A stretch of DNA of 64,000 nt, from the NCBI GenBank assembly GCA_013265495.1, contig MU058824.1:372001-436000 (forward strand), given 5' to 3'. The stretch's first letter is position 1. Each line of letters begins with the position of its first letter. The stretch comes from Vicugna vicugna (Eukaryota). Shown piece after piece: positions 1 through 14,580 of this stretch. The notes under the pieces are model-generated. The model worked only from the letters and a program-made list of their open reading frames with translations, did not search any database and was not told the origin of the DNA. A program made the position numbers and the translations under genes.

Positions 1-659
1 GATGACAGATTCAAGAATCAAGAGGACTCTGACAGGTTGCAAGATGAACCCAATTCAATCCACCAAACATCAACTGAGTATTTGTTAAGTATTAGGCACT
101 GGGAAAAAAAAACCAACAAACTATTGCACTCTTCTTGATGCTCATTGTCCATGAGGAAATCAAATGTATAAACAAATAAATCTCTTTCACTGTAATAGGT
201 GATATAATAGTAGCTGAGTATGCAGGTACTGGAGGAACAAAGGAGGGAATGGTAAAGTCTACCTAAGTTAAGTCTGGGAAGTTCAAAGAAATGATTAAAT
301 ATGAGACAACAAAATGCTATTGTTGAGTCCAAAGCTACAACAATATGAACACAGGATTAGTTTAAGCAGTAGTAAATGTAAACTAGACTTAGAGATTTTA
401 TTTGAAAAACTTTCAGCGTGGATGCACTGTATTTGGAGCCAAAATGCCAGTGACGAAAGTCATACTATACTCTCTGTTCATCATATTGGCATTGTATTCC
501 ATTCTAGGTGTCTTATTTTCAGGGGGATTTAGGCAACTGTGTGTGTATATGGCAAAAGGCATCAGGATGGGAAGGACACATAAAAACATATTATATGAAG
601 AAGGAGTAAAGGAATAGATAATAGTAAAACTGGAGAGAAATTTCACTGGGCAAGAATGA

Positions 660-1080
660 TTATTTTTATTAATAAGACTTGTCAGATCATGTCACTCCTT
701 TTCTCAAAACCCTCCAAGGCCTCCTTCATCTCATTCAGAGTAAAAGCATACTACTGACAATGCCAAACGGCCAAAAGGTCCTACTGGATCTGCCCCCACT
801 TCTTCCATGTCCTCATCACCTACAGCTCTCCCCTTACTCACTCAAGGTAACCACACCAACTCCATAATAACGCCTTGCTATTCCTCAAAGATTCCAGGCA
901 TGCTTCCGTTTTAAGGCCTTTGTTCTGACTATTCCTCCAGCCTGGAATGAAAGAAAGTTCTTCCCTCAACCATTCACATGGCTAACTTCCTCACCTTCCT
1001 CAAGTCTTGCTTCAAATGTCACCATTTCCATGAAGACTATTTTGATTGCCTTATTTAAAATTACAACTTGCTTTCCCCAG
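660..1080 (-). mobile_element. L2 LINE fragment
   Basis: Resembles L2 consensus text (gatcatgtcactcct...aaaaccctccaaggc...cctctgcctggaatg-like...tcaaatgtcacc). Confidence 0.7.
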
Positions 1081-3139
1081 TTGCCTCCTCCCTGGCTTTC
1101 TTGATCCCCTCTTACTTTGACATTTTGGTTTTATTTCTGCTATTATATTAGTAAATGATCACCTGGGCTTTGTCAAAAGAGGTATAAAGAATCCTATGAT
1201 TGATCACAGGGAAAATGTTGTGTCCAGGGGCTGACAATATTCATACTACAGGAATAATATGCCCCTGATTCCCTCTCACTCAATTCTGAACAGTAAAATA
1301 CAGGTAGGAAAAAAAACAAGGAGAGGAAATTACATGAACAAATACGACATAAGAAAGTAATTAGCAAATTATGCTCAAATTTTCTTTGGAACCAATGTTA
1401 TATACAAAATTAATTTTTAGAAGTTTAAATGAAAATAAATGGATCTGAGGTTCCTTTTTATCAGTTGTAAAAATATTCACTGGCCCTGTGCCCAGCGTTT
1501 AAAAGAAATCAGCATGAGTCTAATGAAAAACAAGCTGTAGGTCTCGGGGAAATTCAATATATACTCTTTCTCTTCCTTTTAGTTTTTGATTGGTTTCCAT
1601 GGGAATCTAGGCTTGTGGGGATCTCTAATCTATTCATGGAAAGCAGATACTTGAATTTTCATGACTTAGTAAAAGTGGGGGTCAGTGAAGAGATAAAGAT
1701 GATTAGAAAATGAACATGGTTGTAGGAAACATGATCATGTTCAAAACAAAATTCTGCAACCCACGTAGATTTAAAAATACAATCTGCAAGGCTGTTCTAC
1801 TGTGTTTGAGAGGTAGCATAACATAAACAAAAAACACTGGACTTAAAGGCATTAGCTCTGCATTCAAATTCTGAATCTGGCCCATAAGAAAGAAACCTTT
1901 AGGCGCTTCTGTGGGAGTTTGATTGCAAAACTGGATTTGGGAATTATTCTAGGACAGAAGAACTAGAAGTCTGAGCAAGTAAGCTGTAGGAGAGCAACTG
2001 AGTAGATACAGCAGAGCATTATCAGGAGCACTGAGCTGGGAATCAGAAAAATAAGATAATTCCTGACTTCAGCAAGTGACAAAGTAGCCTTGAAGAACTC
2101 AATCAAAGTACACCTCAGTTTACATCTATAGAAAAGATAGTATTCAGCTAAAATCTAACTGCTATGAAGCTACTATGAAATTTAATTTTTTTCTTACTAG
2201 AACTATGTTAGAAAAATTCAAAGTAGTGATTTTAATCAAGATTTGTTGGCATGTTGTTCCTTGTGACTATAAAGTTCATCCATGCAAGCAGAAGTACCTT
2301 AACTATATTCAAAGTTAATATTCAAATAACGATTACTGAAGGATGGACAGGTTTTTATTTCAATTTTCAGATTTGTTTAGAAACTGATCAATCTCAGTTT
2401 TGGTTGGAACCTTCATCTGGATGTAAGATCCTAAATATCTGAAATCAGTTTCTAAGCTGGAGAACCAGCGAACAGGTTTAGATAGAGTTTCTAAGTACCC
2501 AGAAAAGGACAAACTCAATGCTAGTTTGGAAACCTTAGGAGGTGGAATGTAATGAAGGAAAGACTCTTAGACTAAGACTCCCTGCTTGCCTGGAAAAGGC
2601 AGCTTAGTTCAGGCTGAAGTCAAACTGGGTGAACGGCAGGGGTGATCTAACATTGCCCATCACAGTCCAGAGATTTCTTGAGAGATCATTAAAGTTCCAG
2701 AATATAAGGGTTTCATATGTTCAGATTTTCCTACATTTCTAAGTAATGCGGACATTGCAAATGTCTTCTGATGCCTTCTTTTAAAAGCACGCCAACAGCT
2801 AAAACCTCATTTGCTTACTCTTCAGATATCTGCTGGCTACACAGCTTGTGGCAGAGTGAGCACTTATTAAATTGAGTTTAAATGGACTGAGCAAATGCAG
2901 CTACAGAGAAGCCTGGAAGTGCCCACTAAACACATCCAGGCCATCCTGATGCATGCTCAAGTTTAAAAACCAGTGGATTAGAGCACAGATACAAGGCTTC
3001 CATATTGCTCCCAAGGCAAAGACTGGGGAAATGCAATCTAAGTGCTTAAAAGCCTAGGCCAGGAGCCATTCTTGCTTTCATTCCTCTTTTGCCTACCTAC
3101 CAATAATGGTCACCAAGTTCTGAGCATTTTATCATTTTT

Positions 3140-3900
3140 TACAATAGTTTCTTAATTGAGGTATAACATATATATACAATAAAGTGCATTAATCTCAAGT
3201 ACATAGGTTGATAAATTTTTATGTAAGCAACACACAGATCAAGACACAGAACATTTCCAGCGTCCCTGAAAGCTTCCTCATGCTCCTTTTCAGTCAATAC
3301 CTATCCCTTGGGTAACCAGTACTTACAATTCATATAAACAGCATATGTATCAGCCTTCTTTCACTCAACATGATGTCTATGAAGTTCATTCACATGGTTG
3401 AATGTATCAGTAGTTTGTTCTTTTTTTATTGTGTGGTATTCCATTGTAAGAATACACCACAATTAATTTATTTACCTGTTGATAGGCATTTAGGTTGTTT
3501 GCACTATAAGAACATCTGCTATTACAAATAAAGCTGTCATGTACATTCTCATGTGTGTCTTTTGATAGAAAAAAATCACTTATTTCTTTTAGATATGACT
3601 GGAGTTGGGGCATGAATTGCAGTGATATTGTGTGCGCACGCATTTGTGTTTAGCTTCGGTAGATATAATTGTTTTTCCAGAGTGGATGTTACCAATTTAC
3701 ATTCTTACCAAAAATATTAGAGAGTTCCAGTTATTCCATATCCTCACCATCAATTAGTACTGTCAGACTTTTTCATTTTAGATATTCAAATAGTTGTGTG
3801 CTGGTACCTCACTGTGGCTTTAATTTGCATTTTCCTAATTAATAATGATGCAGAGCACATTTTCATGTATCTTTTGGGCATTTGGATGTAACCTTTTGTA
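3140..3900 (-). mobile_element. Old L1M 3' fragment
   Basis: Typical antisense L1 3'UTR/ORF2-end text (ttaattgaggtataac..., accaatttacattc, tttaatttgcatttt). Confidence 0.75.
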
Positions 3901-4194
3901 AACTAGGGCTACGTGATTCAACATGAATGAATCTCAAAAACATAACGTTAAGTCAAAAGAGTAAGTTGGGGAGTAACACATAGTATAATGCCATTTATAT
4001 AAAGATTTTAAATGTGAAGATAATACTATCATTTAATGGGTATATAAATATATATAAAGTAAAAGTAGAAAAATAAGCATGGGAATTGAAACCACAAAAA
4101 TCAAGATAGACTGAAGTGGCAGAAAAAGAGGAGAATGAGATTTAGAAGATAAATTAAAAACTTTGTTTTATTTCATTTTAAAAAAGCAGAAGTA

Positions 4195-5885
4195 TTGCTT
4201 ATGGTTTCCTTTATAAGCAAAATCTTATAAGTTTAATTGGGTCCCATTTGTTAATTTTTGCTTTTATTTCTAGTGCCTGTGTAGACTGCCGTAGGAGAAA
4301 ATTGCTGAGATTTTTGTCAGAGAATATTTTGACTATGTTTTCTTCTAGGAGATTTACTGTGTCTTGTCTTATATTTAAGTCTTTAAGCTATTTTGAGTTA
4401 ATTTTTGTGTTTGGTGTGAGGAAGTGTTCTAACTTCTTTGATTCACATGCTGCTATCCAGTTTTCCCAACACCACTTGCTGAAGAGACTGTCTTTTCTCC
4501 ATTGTATATTCTTGTCTCCTTTGTTGAAGATTAATTGACCATAGGTCTATGGGTTTAGTTCTGGGCTGTCTATTCTGTTCCATTGATCTATATGTCTGTT
4601 TTTGTGCCAACACCAGCTCTGTAGTATTGTCTGAAATCTGGGAGGGTTATTCCTCCCACTTAATTCTTTTTCTTCAATATTTCTTTGGCAATTCTGGGTC
4701 TTCTGTGATTCCATATAAATTTTAGGATTATTTGGTCTAGTTCTGTGAAAAATATCACGGGTAATTTGAAAGAGAGCATATTAAATCTGTAGATAGCCTT
4801 GTGCAGTATGGCCATTTTAACAAAATGACAACCTATGGAATGGGAGAAAATATTCGCAAATGATGTGACTGACAAACGATTAATTTCTAGAATATATAAA
4901 CAGCTCATACAACTTAGTAACAGGGAAACCCCCCCCCAAACAACCTAACCCCAAAATGAGCAGAAGTCCTAAAAAAGCAATTCTCCAATGAAGACATACA
5001 AATGACCAACAGGCACATGAAAAAATGCTCAATATCACTTACTATCAGAGAAATGCAAATCAAAACTACAACGAGGTATCATCTCATACCAGTCAGAATG
5101 GCCATCATTAAAAAGTCCATAAACTATAAATGTTGGAGAGGGTATGGAAAAAAGGGAACCCTCCTATACTGTTAGTGGGAATGTAGTTTTGTGCAGCCAC
5201 TATGGAAAACAGTATGGAGATTCCTCAAAAAACTAAAAATAGACTTACCATATGATCCAGCAATCCCACTCCTGGACATATATCTGGAGGGAACTCTAAT
5301 TAAAAAAGATACATGTATCCCAATATTCATAGCAGCATTAAATACAATAGCCAAGACATGGAAACAACCTAAATATCCATCAACAAGTGACTGGATAAAT
5401 AAGTTGTGGTATATTTATACAATGGTATATTACTCAATAATAAAAAAGAATAAAATAATGACATTTGCAGCAATATGGATGGACCTAGAGATCTTCATTC
5501 TAAGTGAAGTAAGTCAGAAAGAGAAAAAAAATACCATATGATATCACTTACATGTGGAATCTAAGAAAAAGGACACTAATGAACTCATCTACAAACCAGA
5601 AACAGACTCACAGACATAGTAAAAAATTTTATGTTTACCCGGGGAAAGGCGGTGGGAAGGGATAAATTTGGAAGTTTGAGATCTGCAAATGTTAGCCATT
5701 ATATATAAAAATAGATTTAAAAATTTCTTACGTATAACACAGGGAACTATAGTCAATATCTTGCAATAACCTTTAATGAAAAAGAGTATGAAAAAGAATA
5801 TATGCTTGTATATGCATGACTGGGACATTGTGCTGTACACCAGAAATTGACACATTGTAACTGACTGTACTTCAATTTAAGAAAA
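4195..5885 (+). mobile_element. 5'-inverted young L1 (4195-4823 antisense ORF2, 4819-5885 sense ORF2 end + 3'UTR + polyA)
   Basis: ORF 5191-5541 ([27 protein letters not shown]) is the L1 ORF2p C-terminus. TSD AAAAAAGCAGAAGTA at 4180-4194 and 5886-5900. Confidence 0.92.
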
Positions 5886-8639
5886 AAAAAAGCAGAAGTA
5901 AAAATTTTTAAAAATTCAGTTTTATCTCCTTGGGGTATTAGAGACCTGAGTGTTTTGTATATTATTTTCTATTTTTATCTATAAGTTTAAAATAATTAAT
6001 TAAAAATAAGACAGAGAACATTCAGGCCTATGCAAAGGCAAAGAGAATGATGAATAATCTATTAAGAGAAGAGAACTGAATGGAGAATTGACTCCATTCC
6101 CTCATCCAGTGACTAACTGGACTAAAAGATCCTGAAGGATTTTTCTATCTCTGATGTCTACTTTCTCCTAAAGGCTAATTCGATGTTTACACCTGTACTG
6201 TAGTATGACTAATAGCAATAACATTGATTACTTACACTTTTAAGGAGTATTTCTCCACTAAGTAAAATGCCTTATATCTAAGATCATTCCTATATGGCAA
6301 ATAAGGAGAAGTATTACCTCATTTTTTGCTGAAGAAATTGAGGCATACAAAAGTTATATTTGTTGAGAAATTAAGCTCACAGAGTCTTGCAAAATTTTAC
6401 TTACAAAATTATAAGGGGGTGGAGTGGATAATGAGAAGGAATAAATAATATATAATTTAAACTTCAACAGTTTTGAAGACTGTATCATTCATGATAAATT
6501 TATTTGATGTTCAATGCTTATTGATTGATTTATTCCTTCATTCATATATTCATTAAACAAACCTTAACTGAGTCTTTATTAAATGGCAGGAGCTGTGCTA
6601 AGACCAGCAGTATAAAATTAAGTAAGACATGACCTCTGCCTTCAAATAGCATTATTGAGGGTGAAATATAGATGAGTAAAATCTATGGTTAATTGTTAGG
6701 TAAGGAATTATGGTAGAGTTATACATACTGAGGGGGAATACAAGGAACACAGAGTGAAGGGGACTGGGGAGAGATTGTTTGGCGTGTGGGTGTGTGTAAG
6801 ATAAGGAAACTAATTAAACTAATAACTGTTAGCTAGTACTAAGCTTTCCAGAAAAGTTTCTACTCTTCTTTACTTTTTGTAAATCATTGACATGGAAACA
6901 ACATATTTTTAAAACTGAAAATTAATATTTACTTTTCATAAATGAATTGAGAATTCTCTCTGTGACTCAAAAAAGGAAAAACTCAACCACAGCCTGAAGC
7001 TTCTTTAATTTTTGCATTTAACATGATATAATTTTTCAAAGTGGGTAGTCTTAATCTTCTTGAAGCCAAATTAATAACCTCTTGGAAGATTAAAAATGAG
7101 TAACTATTAACATTAAGTGAGATTGCTTAAACTTTTTTAATCCTTATCAACAAATAAATGTATCTGTGGAAGTCAGAGAAATAGCTTCCCTGGAGCAAAA
7201 CATTCCTAACAATTAGGTATCTTTTGTGGGGAACCCAGAAAAGGTATGACTAATTGTTTTCTTGGATTAAACTGAGGGTCCAAACAGAAAACAAATTAGG
7301 TACAGATGTTTAGTATATTGAGATTAATTTTACTTTCATGGGTACCATTTCCTTGACGGCTTGGACTAACAGCAATTTATTTCCAGAGAAGTGAATATGT
7401 GTCAAAACAACAAAGCCAGTCAACACACTTCAATAAATTTTTCCCATTTATGTATTTTGAAACTGGATAAATGTTTCTAATAAACAAAATGTCTAGCATT
7501 TGTATTAATAATGACTTTCTATAGAAGTAACATAAAATGCATTCATTCAACCAAGATATATTAGATACTGTGTTAGATTCTGGGGGATTCAAGAATAAAT
7601 AAAACAAGTTTCTTGCCTGGGGCACCAATCTAGTGGGAAAGAGACAAGTAAGTAATAATTACAATATATACAAGATAATGGGGCTCTAATAGAGACATGG
7701 ACAAAATACTATGTGAACATGAATTTTTCCTACTAATCAACCTAAGGAAAGACACCATATTATAGTTCACTATCACAAAAGAACAAAAACATAATAAATA
7801 ACATAAGAGAATGGTTGATCTTTGGGTCAGTAATAATAACAATGACTATTTACTTGTTATGGCTGTTGATATTTTATAAAATACTTAGGTATATTAATAC
7901 CACACATAGGTGTATGTATCTTACAGTAGGCTGGCCAACTTTAATTATCACTTAATATCTTTATCCATGATTTTTGTAAGCAACTTAAGAGCAGGACTCA
8001 TCTTCATCTTTGTATTTCAAGGTCTAGCACAGTGCCTGTTACACAGTAACAGTTTTAACATATGTTGAATGAATGCATACATGCACATATATATGAATAT
8101 TGATAATTACATGATATCACACTTCTGGGTTCACAAATTGTGAGGAGATTTAAGTGTAATAGACAATACTTGAAAAGAATATTTGATATCCAACATTTCA
8201 GAGAGATTCACTGAACAAAGGGATGTGAAGTTTAATAGGGATTGGTACTGAGAGTACTTATTTATAGAAGACATGTGATTCATTTTTTAATATTCTCTCT
8301 AGGTGTATGATTATGATACATAGCAGACGCTTGGCAACTACTAAAGTAATTTGATTGTGTAACTTCCACTCTCAAAGTTCCTAAGTAGCTCCCTGGTATT
8401 CAAGACCCTTCATTTTAAAAATGTAATTAAAAAAAAAATAGGTAGTGCATAGTACAAAAGCCTGGCATTGGCACACAGCAGATACTAAATGGCTGAAAAT
8501 TAATGAGCGAAGATGTCCTGGGAAAATTATTCACATGTTTTAAAATGAGAATGGATCTCTACACAAAAATCAATTTGTTATGCATTAAAAGACTTTAGTA
8601 GAAAAGAAAATATAGGATAATTTAAAAACAATCTTTGCT

Positions 8640-9350
8640 TGGCTCTGTTGATTCTCCCAGCTGCTGTTCACTGCTAGGTTTCTTAGAGCCTCAACCTATA
8701 CAAGCAGAGTTTAAGCATCTGCTAATTACTTGTTAGGAATTTGTACTCAGATTTTCAGATTCCTTCTCTGTGGTTTCCTTCTCTTCAGGATTTTGCCCTT
8801 CAAGTTCCAGCTGCTGTTAATACCAAACTCTACCTGGGTTTCTCGAGCTTACTAAGAATACTGCTTCCTTCCCGCTAGGGTTATATTCTTTTGCATTCCA
8901 ATTTGTAAAATGCCTTAAAGGAAAAAGTTGGGATAAATTTCATATGCTTTCCTTCTCTGAATGATCCTGCCTATGCTGATTGTTCCCAATGCCTTCAAAC
9001 AATATGTTTTATTCAGTTTTCAGATGTTTTTGGCAGATGGTTGTTCTAAAATAAGTGGTCATGGCTAGAACTTACGCCTAGTCATGAAAGTCTCTGGTTG
9101 GTCGTTCATTTTTGTGATTTCTTCTTTTATATCTTTAAATGTTCCTTCAATATTTATTTTACATGTGTTTCTAATGATGCCAGTATCTGATGTTTTTGAT
9201 AGAGATCTGTTGATTATTTCTGCTGACTCTCATTATGGTATATTGCTTCCTCGCGTTTGGTAATCTTTCACTGTGAGATCATATTTGATCTGTTTTAATT
9301 TTGGGAATCCTGGAAGTTTAAGGTGAAGATATTTTCTCTAAAGAGAACAT
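8640..9350 (-). mobile_element. Degraded ancient L1M-like fragment
   Basis: T-rich text resembling an antisense old L1 5' region; family uncertain. Confidence 0.4.
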
Positions 9351-11284
9351 GTGTTTCTGTCTGTTTAGAGGCAAGGTGTGCTATGGACCTGGGACATATC
9401 ATCTCCAACTATTCCATGAAAATTATTTCTAGACCCTTCACCATCTTATTCCCGTCTGAACTATACTATCTATGACATCTTAATAATGGTGCTTTTGCAT
9501 GAAGCACAAAACCAAACACAATAGCCAGATTTGACCCAGACAGAGTAGAGTACTAAAGAATGATTACCACCCTTGTTTGGGAAGTTCTGCTAGTGCTAGT
9601 GTAGCTTAAACATGTATTACTGCTTTTGGCAAACATGCAAAAACAAACATCAACACAGAAACACAGGGCGAAATGCATAATTATCATAGTTGAAAGAACA
9701 TGAAACTTGTTATTTATGAAATCAGCTATGTAAATTGTGACATGCAAATCACAGTTCTATTTATTTTCTGACACTGCAAAAAAAAAAAACACTATTGAAA
9801 AGAAAATAAAGGAGAAACAAAAAGCACAAGGAAACATTGCACTGCATCTTGTGGGGAAACTTAACAGCCAGCATGTCTGGATGTGCACACCCCTTCTCTC
9901 AACCTTTTTCATATCATTCCTCTATAAAAATGTCATGCTGTCGGATCATCAATTTAAACTCTTTTTTCCACATGATTCACTTGATGTGCATTTAGTTTCC
10001 CCCAATGTACACTTCTGAAGTTGAGTTTTAAACCTAAATGAATCACAATGAAACAAATCTAAAGGGTATCAAATTCTTAATATTGGGGCTATTCCCAATC
10101 TGAAATGTTTACTTTTTTATGATAATGAGTTAAATGAAGTTATCCTCCCTGAGTGAATGATTTTAAGAGCTGACAAGCCTAGGTGAAAGGTTATAAACAA
10201 GTGAGCAGTAGTTAAAACTGAAATCAAAAATCAGGGATTTTTTAAATTACTGTAATGAAAAGCAAAATCAAGAGCAATAACGTAGGAAATAACCTGACAG
10301 ACCTAACGGATAAGAGCATAGAACTAGCATATTCAGTAGTGTATCTTAATGTCAGTCCCTTTCTATGCTTTCAACTAATGAAAAGGTATTTTCCTAACCC
10401 CTCAATTAATCAGCTATATCTGGTTCACATTTTTAAATGGGAAATACCTCTAATGGTTTCTGCTGTATCTAACTAATTTTCATTGCTTTTTATTCCCCAA
10501 ATACATAAATCTAAAATAACAAAGAGAAAAATACCAGGCACTGGAAATATATTTTATAGATCAAAATTTTATGGTGAGAAAAACTGCTTCCAAATATGTA
10601 AGTCTTCATATAAATTTAGAAGCTTCTCTTTTTTTTGATATGTTTAATCCTAACAAACTGAGCTCTTGACAATGCCTCTAATATCTTGAAATCATTTATA
10701 TGCTCTAGCAATATAGTTTCAGATTTGAAAAAATTTGAAAATTCATTTCAGAAAATATATTTCTTTTATGCTCCCTAATGCCACATATTTTATGAGAGAC
10801 TACAATTTTTTATTGTAAAAATAACACTCATAAAAGGAAGAAGTTTTAAACAATGAAGAGTATCAAAATGCATATGTGTTCCCAAAATTTAAATCCAACC
10901 ACCCACGACTGACATTTTAGTGTATGCTGGGTTTTTTTTTTTGTCTTTGCCTTTTCCCATGCATAAATTGATTTATAATATAGTTTAATATACTTTAATC
11001 GTATTATATGTATAATTTTGACTCCTTTTCCCCAACTTAACCTTAGATCAAAAAAAAAATAATAAATTCCATTGCTTGAGGAACTTGGATAAGTAAAAGT
11101 AGCCACAGATGGTTATCTATGCTTACTTTCTGCAGTTTAAAGACTGTAATTTTTAGGGAAAACATATGAAATTAAGAGTTACAGACTTGTGATTTCTTTA
11201 CCATCTGTCCATTGCACAGCTCCACAAATCAATTAACAAATACCACACAAAAGGTTTACACTTCACAGTAATTTTACTTCTTAC

Positions 11285-11451
11285 CTTTTGAGCTGCAAGA
11301 TGGAGGGCCGTTCTCTGGCTATGGTCAGTCTTATTAACATCTGCTCCGGCCTTCAGGAGAGTGTCTGCACAGTCTAGTCTGTCAGCCAACACGCAATACA
11401 TAAGTGGTGTTCTCCCAAACTGATCTTCTTTGTCTTTAAGAGCAGAGTTTC
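11285..11451 (-). CDS. INVS: Inversin second coding exon (ankyrin repeats)
   Basis: 167 nt between acceptor gcatag|G and donor AAG|gtaaga. Continues the frame as (G)NSALKDKEDQFGRTPLMYCVLADRLDCADTLLKAGADVNKTDHSQRTALHLAAQK, with ankyrin consensus GxTPLxxA/TALHLAA. 106+167=273 nt = 91 codons. Confidence 0.97.
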
Positions 11452-11499
11452 CTATGCGTATAAGAAACAGTGATATTTGATCATTATTGTTGCTATTAC

Positions 11500-11690
11500 T
11501 AATTTAACTAGGAACTACATTGACTGTTTCTTATCAAGTACTGTGCTAAATGCATTAAATATGTTATCTCATTTTTATTTACCCTACGATACAGGTATTA
11601 CCATCACTATATTACAGGAAACTGAGACTCAGAGAAGTTAGGTAGCTTGTTCACATTACACTGAAAATGGGTGGTGAAGCTAAAATTCTT
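11500..11690 (+). mobile_element. MIR SINE
   Basis: Core 'acaggaaactgagactcagagaagttaggtagcttg'. Confidence 0.7.
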
Positions 11691-12611
11691 TACTATGTTG
11701 TGCTAAATTAACATTTTGAGATGTGAAGCTATTTATTTTCCCCCTTCAACTCCTTTTGTCAAAAAATACTAATTCAGTGTAGACCATACACTAGGCATTG
11801 TGGTATGTTTTTGAGAAATACAAAAATGAATCATGGTTGGCTTCTTGTTGTAGACAATATGGAGCAAGTGCATACTACCCTGATCCTCCTGCTAATATAT
11901 AACTAAACACCCCAGGCAAAAGTGGTGAAGAGAAGGCAGATTGGTTAGGGAAATAAGAAACTTGAGGAACAACCTGGTGGTGAATTCATTCTTTTTCTTT
12001 TCCTTTTTTTCTTGCCTCCTATATATAGCCAGCCTGGGTGCTAAAGTAGCCCACTAGAAAACCAATTGGCACACACAAAATTCCTCAAGAGGCCTACTCT
12101 CTCCAGTCAAAATATTGGGAAGAGAGTAGCTCTGCAGGAGTGAACTCTTTTGACTATACTTCCTCAACTCAAAGCACACACAACAAAAGAAACTGTACCT
12201 CTTTTCCTCCCCATTGGATACTGCAGAGACTGTGGGGAGGAGCCTTATGAAGCACTGTGTCCTGAATTAACCAAAGGATAGCAATGAGGTGGTATCTTAC
12301 CCCTTCCCAACTAGAGAGAGGGGAAGAGTTATAGAGAGGAGGAAGCTGGAGGAAGCAGTTCTTTAAATCAGTGCATGATGCCATGGATAACTCTGAGCAT
12401 CCCCTATGTGAAATTGACCAGAATCAAAGTAGCAAAAGCTTTGAGAATTGAACTCTGGTTCTAAACTGGCCTGGGGAGCACAGAAGTGGGACAAGAAAAT
12501 AACTTGCAAGAGTTCTGAAAAATAACTTGCCATTTGAGCCACAGTCCACAAAATCGGAAGAAAATGCTCAGTCTAAACCTAAACAAATTGCCGATCTACT
12601 AGAATAGGAAA

Positions 12612-13328
12612 TTTCTTTTTAATCGAAGTATAGTCAGTTTATAATGTGTCAATTTCTGGTGTACAGCATAAAGTTTCAATCATACATATACATACACATA
12701 TTTATTTTCATATTCTTTTTCATTACAGATTACTACAAGATATTGAATATAGTTCCCTGTGCTATCAGTACAAACTTGTTGTTTACCTATTTTATATATA
12801 GTAGTTAGTATCTGCAAATCTCAATCTCCCAATTTATCCCTTCCCACCCTCTTCCCCCTCCATAACCATGTTTGTTTTCTACATCTGTGAGTCTGTTTCT
12901 GTTTTGTAAATAAGTTTATTTGTGTCATTTTTAAAGATTCCACATATAAGTGATATTGTATGATTTTTTCTTTCTCATTCTGGCTTACTTCACTTAGAAT
13001 GATGATCTCCAGGTCCATCCATTTTGCTGCAAATGACATTATTTTATTCTTTTTTATGGCTGAGTAGTATTCCATTATATAAATACACACACACATCCCC
13101 ACACACACCACAACTTCTTTATCCAGTCACCTACTGATGGACATTTAGGTTGCTTCCATGTCTTGGCTATTGTAAATAGTGCTGCTATGAACACTGCAGT
13201 GCATTTATCTTTTCAAGTTAAGAGTTCCCTCCAGATATATGCCCAGGAGTGGGATTGCTGGATCATGTGGCAAGTCTATTTTTAGTTCTTTAAGGAAACT
13301 CCATACTGTCCTCCATAGTGGCTGCACT
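12612..13328 (-). mobile_element. 5'-truncated young L1 3' end nested in old L1
   Basis: Antisense ORF2 C-terminus (MEYYSAIKKNKIMSFAAKWMDLEIIILSEVSQ) and a 3'UTR highly similar to 5540-5885. Confidence 0.9.
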
Positions 13329-14087
13329 GATATTTGACAAAGACTTTAAAGCAACTATCATAAAAATGCTCTGACAAGCAACTATGGATGCTCTTAAAAC
13401 AAATGGAAAAATACAAAGGCTCAGCAAAGAGAAAAAGATACAAGATGAACCAAATGAAAATTATGGAATAATAAATACTTAATAAATAAGCAAATAACCA
13501 AGTAAAATAACCAAAATAAAAACCTCACTGAATAGGCACAATAGCAGAATGGAGATGACAGAGGAAAGAATCACTGAAATTGATGACAGACCAACAGAAA
13601 TTATTCAGTCTAAACAGCTGGTAGAAAAGTTAGAAACAAAGAGAATCAACAGAGACTCAGAGCTCTGTGGGACAAAGAATCTATCATTTATATCTTCAGA
13701 GTCTCAGAAAGAGAGGAAAAAGAATGAAGGGCTGAAAATATATTTAAAGGAATAATGGCTGGAAATTGCCCAAATCTGGTGAAATAGACAAATTTACAGA
13801 TTTAAGAAGCTGAGGAAAGCTCAAGTAAAATAAACCCAAAGAATTCCATATTGAACCAGTCAAAAATCAAATTTCTGAAAACTAAATTTAAATTACAGGG
13901 TATTTCACATGAGAAACTATGGAGGCCAGAAAGCAATGACACAATATTTTTCAAGTGTTAGGAGGAGGGGGAAGAACTGTCAATCCAGAATTCTATATCC
14001 AACACTTGCCTAGGGTTGGGGGTTGGAGGGGGAAGAGGAGGAGTGTGTGAGGGGTCATAGCTAAAATGTATGGGTTTCTACTAAACA

Positions 14088-14580
14088 TGTTATCCATTTG
14101 TTGCCGCAAAGCTGGCCTCTGTACCCTGAAAAAGGGTTGTGACTTGGAGGCAGATTTTGGGAGGGTTAAAAAAGCACAGCTTTATTGCTTTGCCAGGTAA
14201 AGGGGAATCATGGCTGGCTCATGCCTTAGACACTGTGAATCCATCTTGGGGTTGGGGTCTTGAGGTTTTATAGAAAACTGGATGAAACAGAAAAGGTGAT
14301 AACAATCAGGGCATTTTACAGGGTGCTGCATTCTGTTTAACTTTGATGATCTTCCTGATGTCATGGAGGAACTCAGGAGAGTCTGTCCACTTCTCTGGGA
14401 TTATTGGTGGCCCACTGCCTCTTTCCTGGTTAAAGTTATTGAGTGTAAGGGAAAATTTGAGGGTTTGTATAGCAGAAAACCAGTAAGGGAGAGAAAGCAA
14501 AATGCAGGCTTCCTCAGTCAGAAAGAATCAGCAAACAGTGTCAGCAACAGGGAAGTTAGTTAATTTCCTACTCCTTCACA
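14088..14580 (-). mobile_element. Probable ERV solo LTR
   Basis: Interrupts L1 sequence; TG...CA ends; minus-strand AATAAA at ~14181-14186; LTR-like composition. TSD not identified. Confidence 0.6.

Noticed and set aside
5191..5541. 116-aa ORF
   Set aside because: C-terminus of a truncated L1 ORF2p.
14010..14055. G-rich G4-like tract
   Set aside because: Falls in an old L1 3'UTR-like G-rich segment, a common feature.
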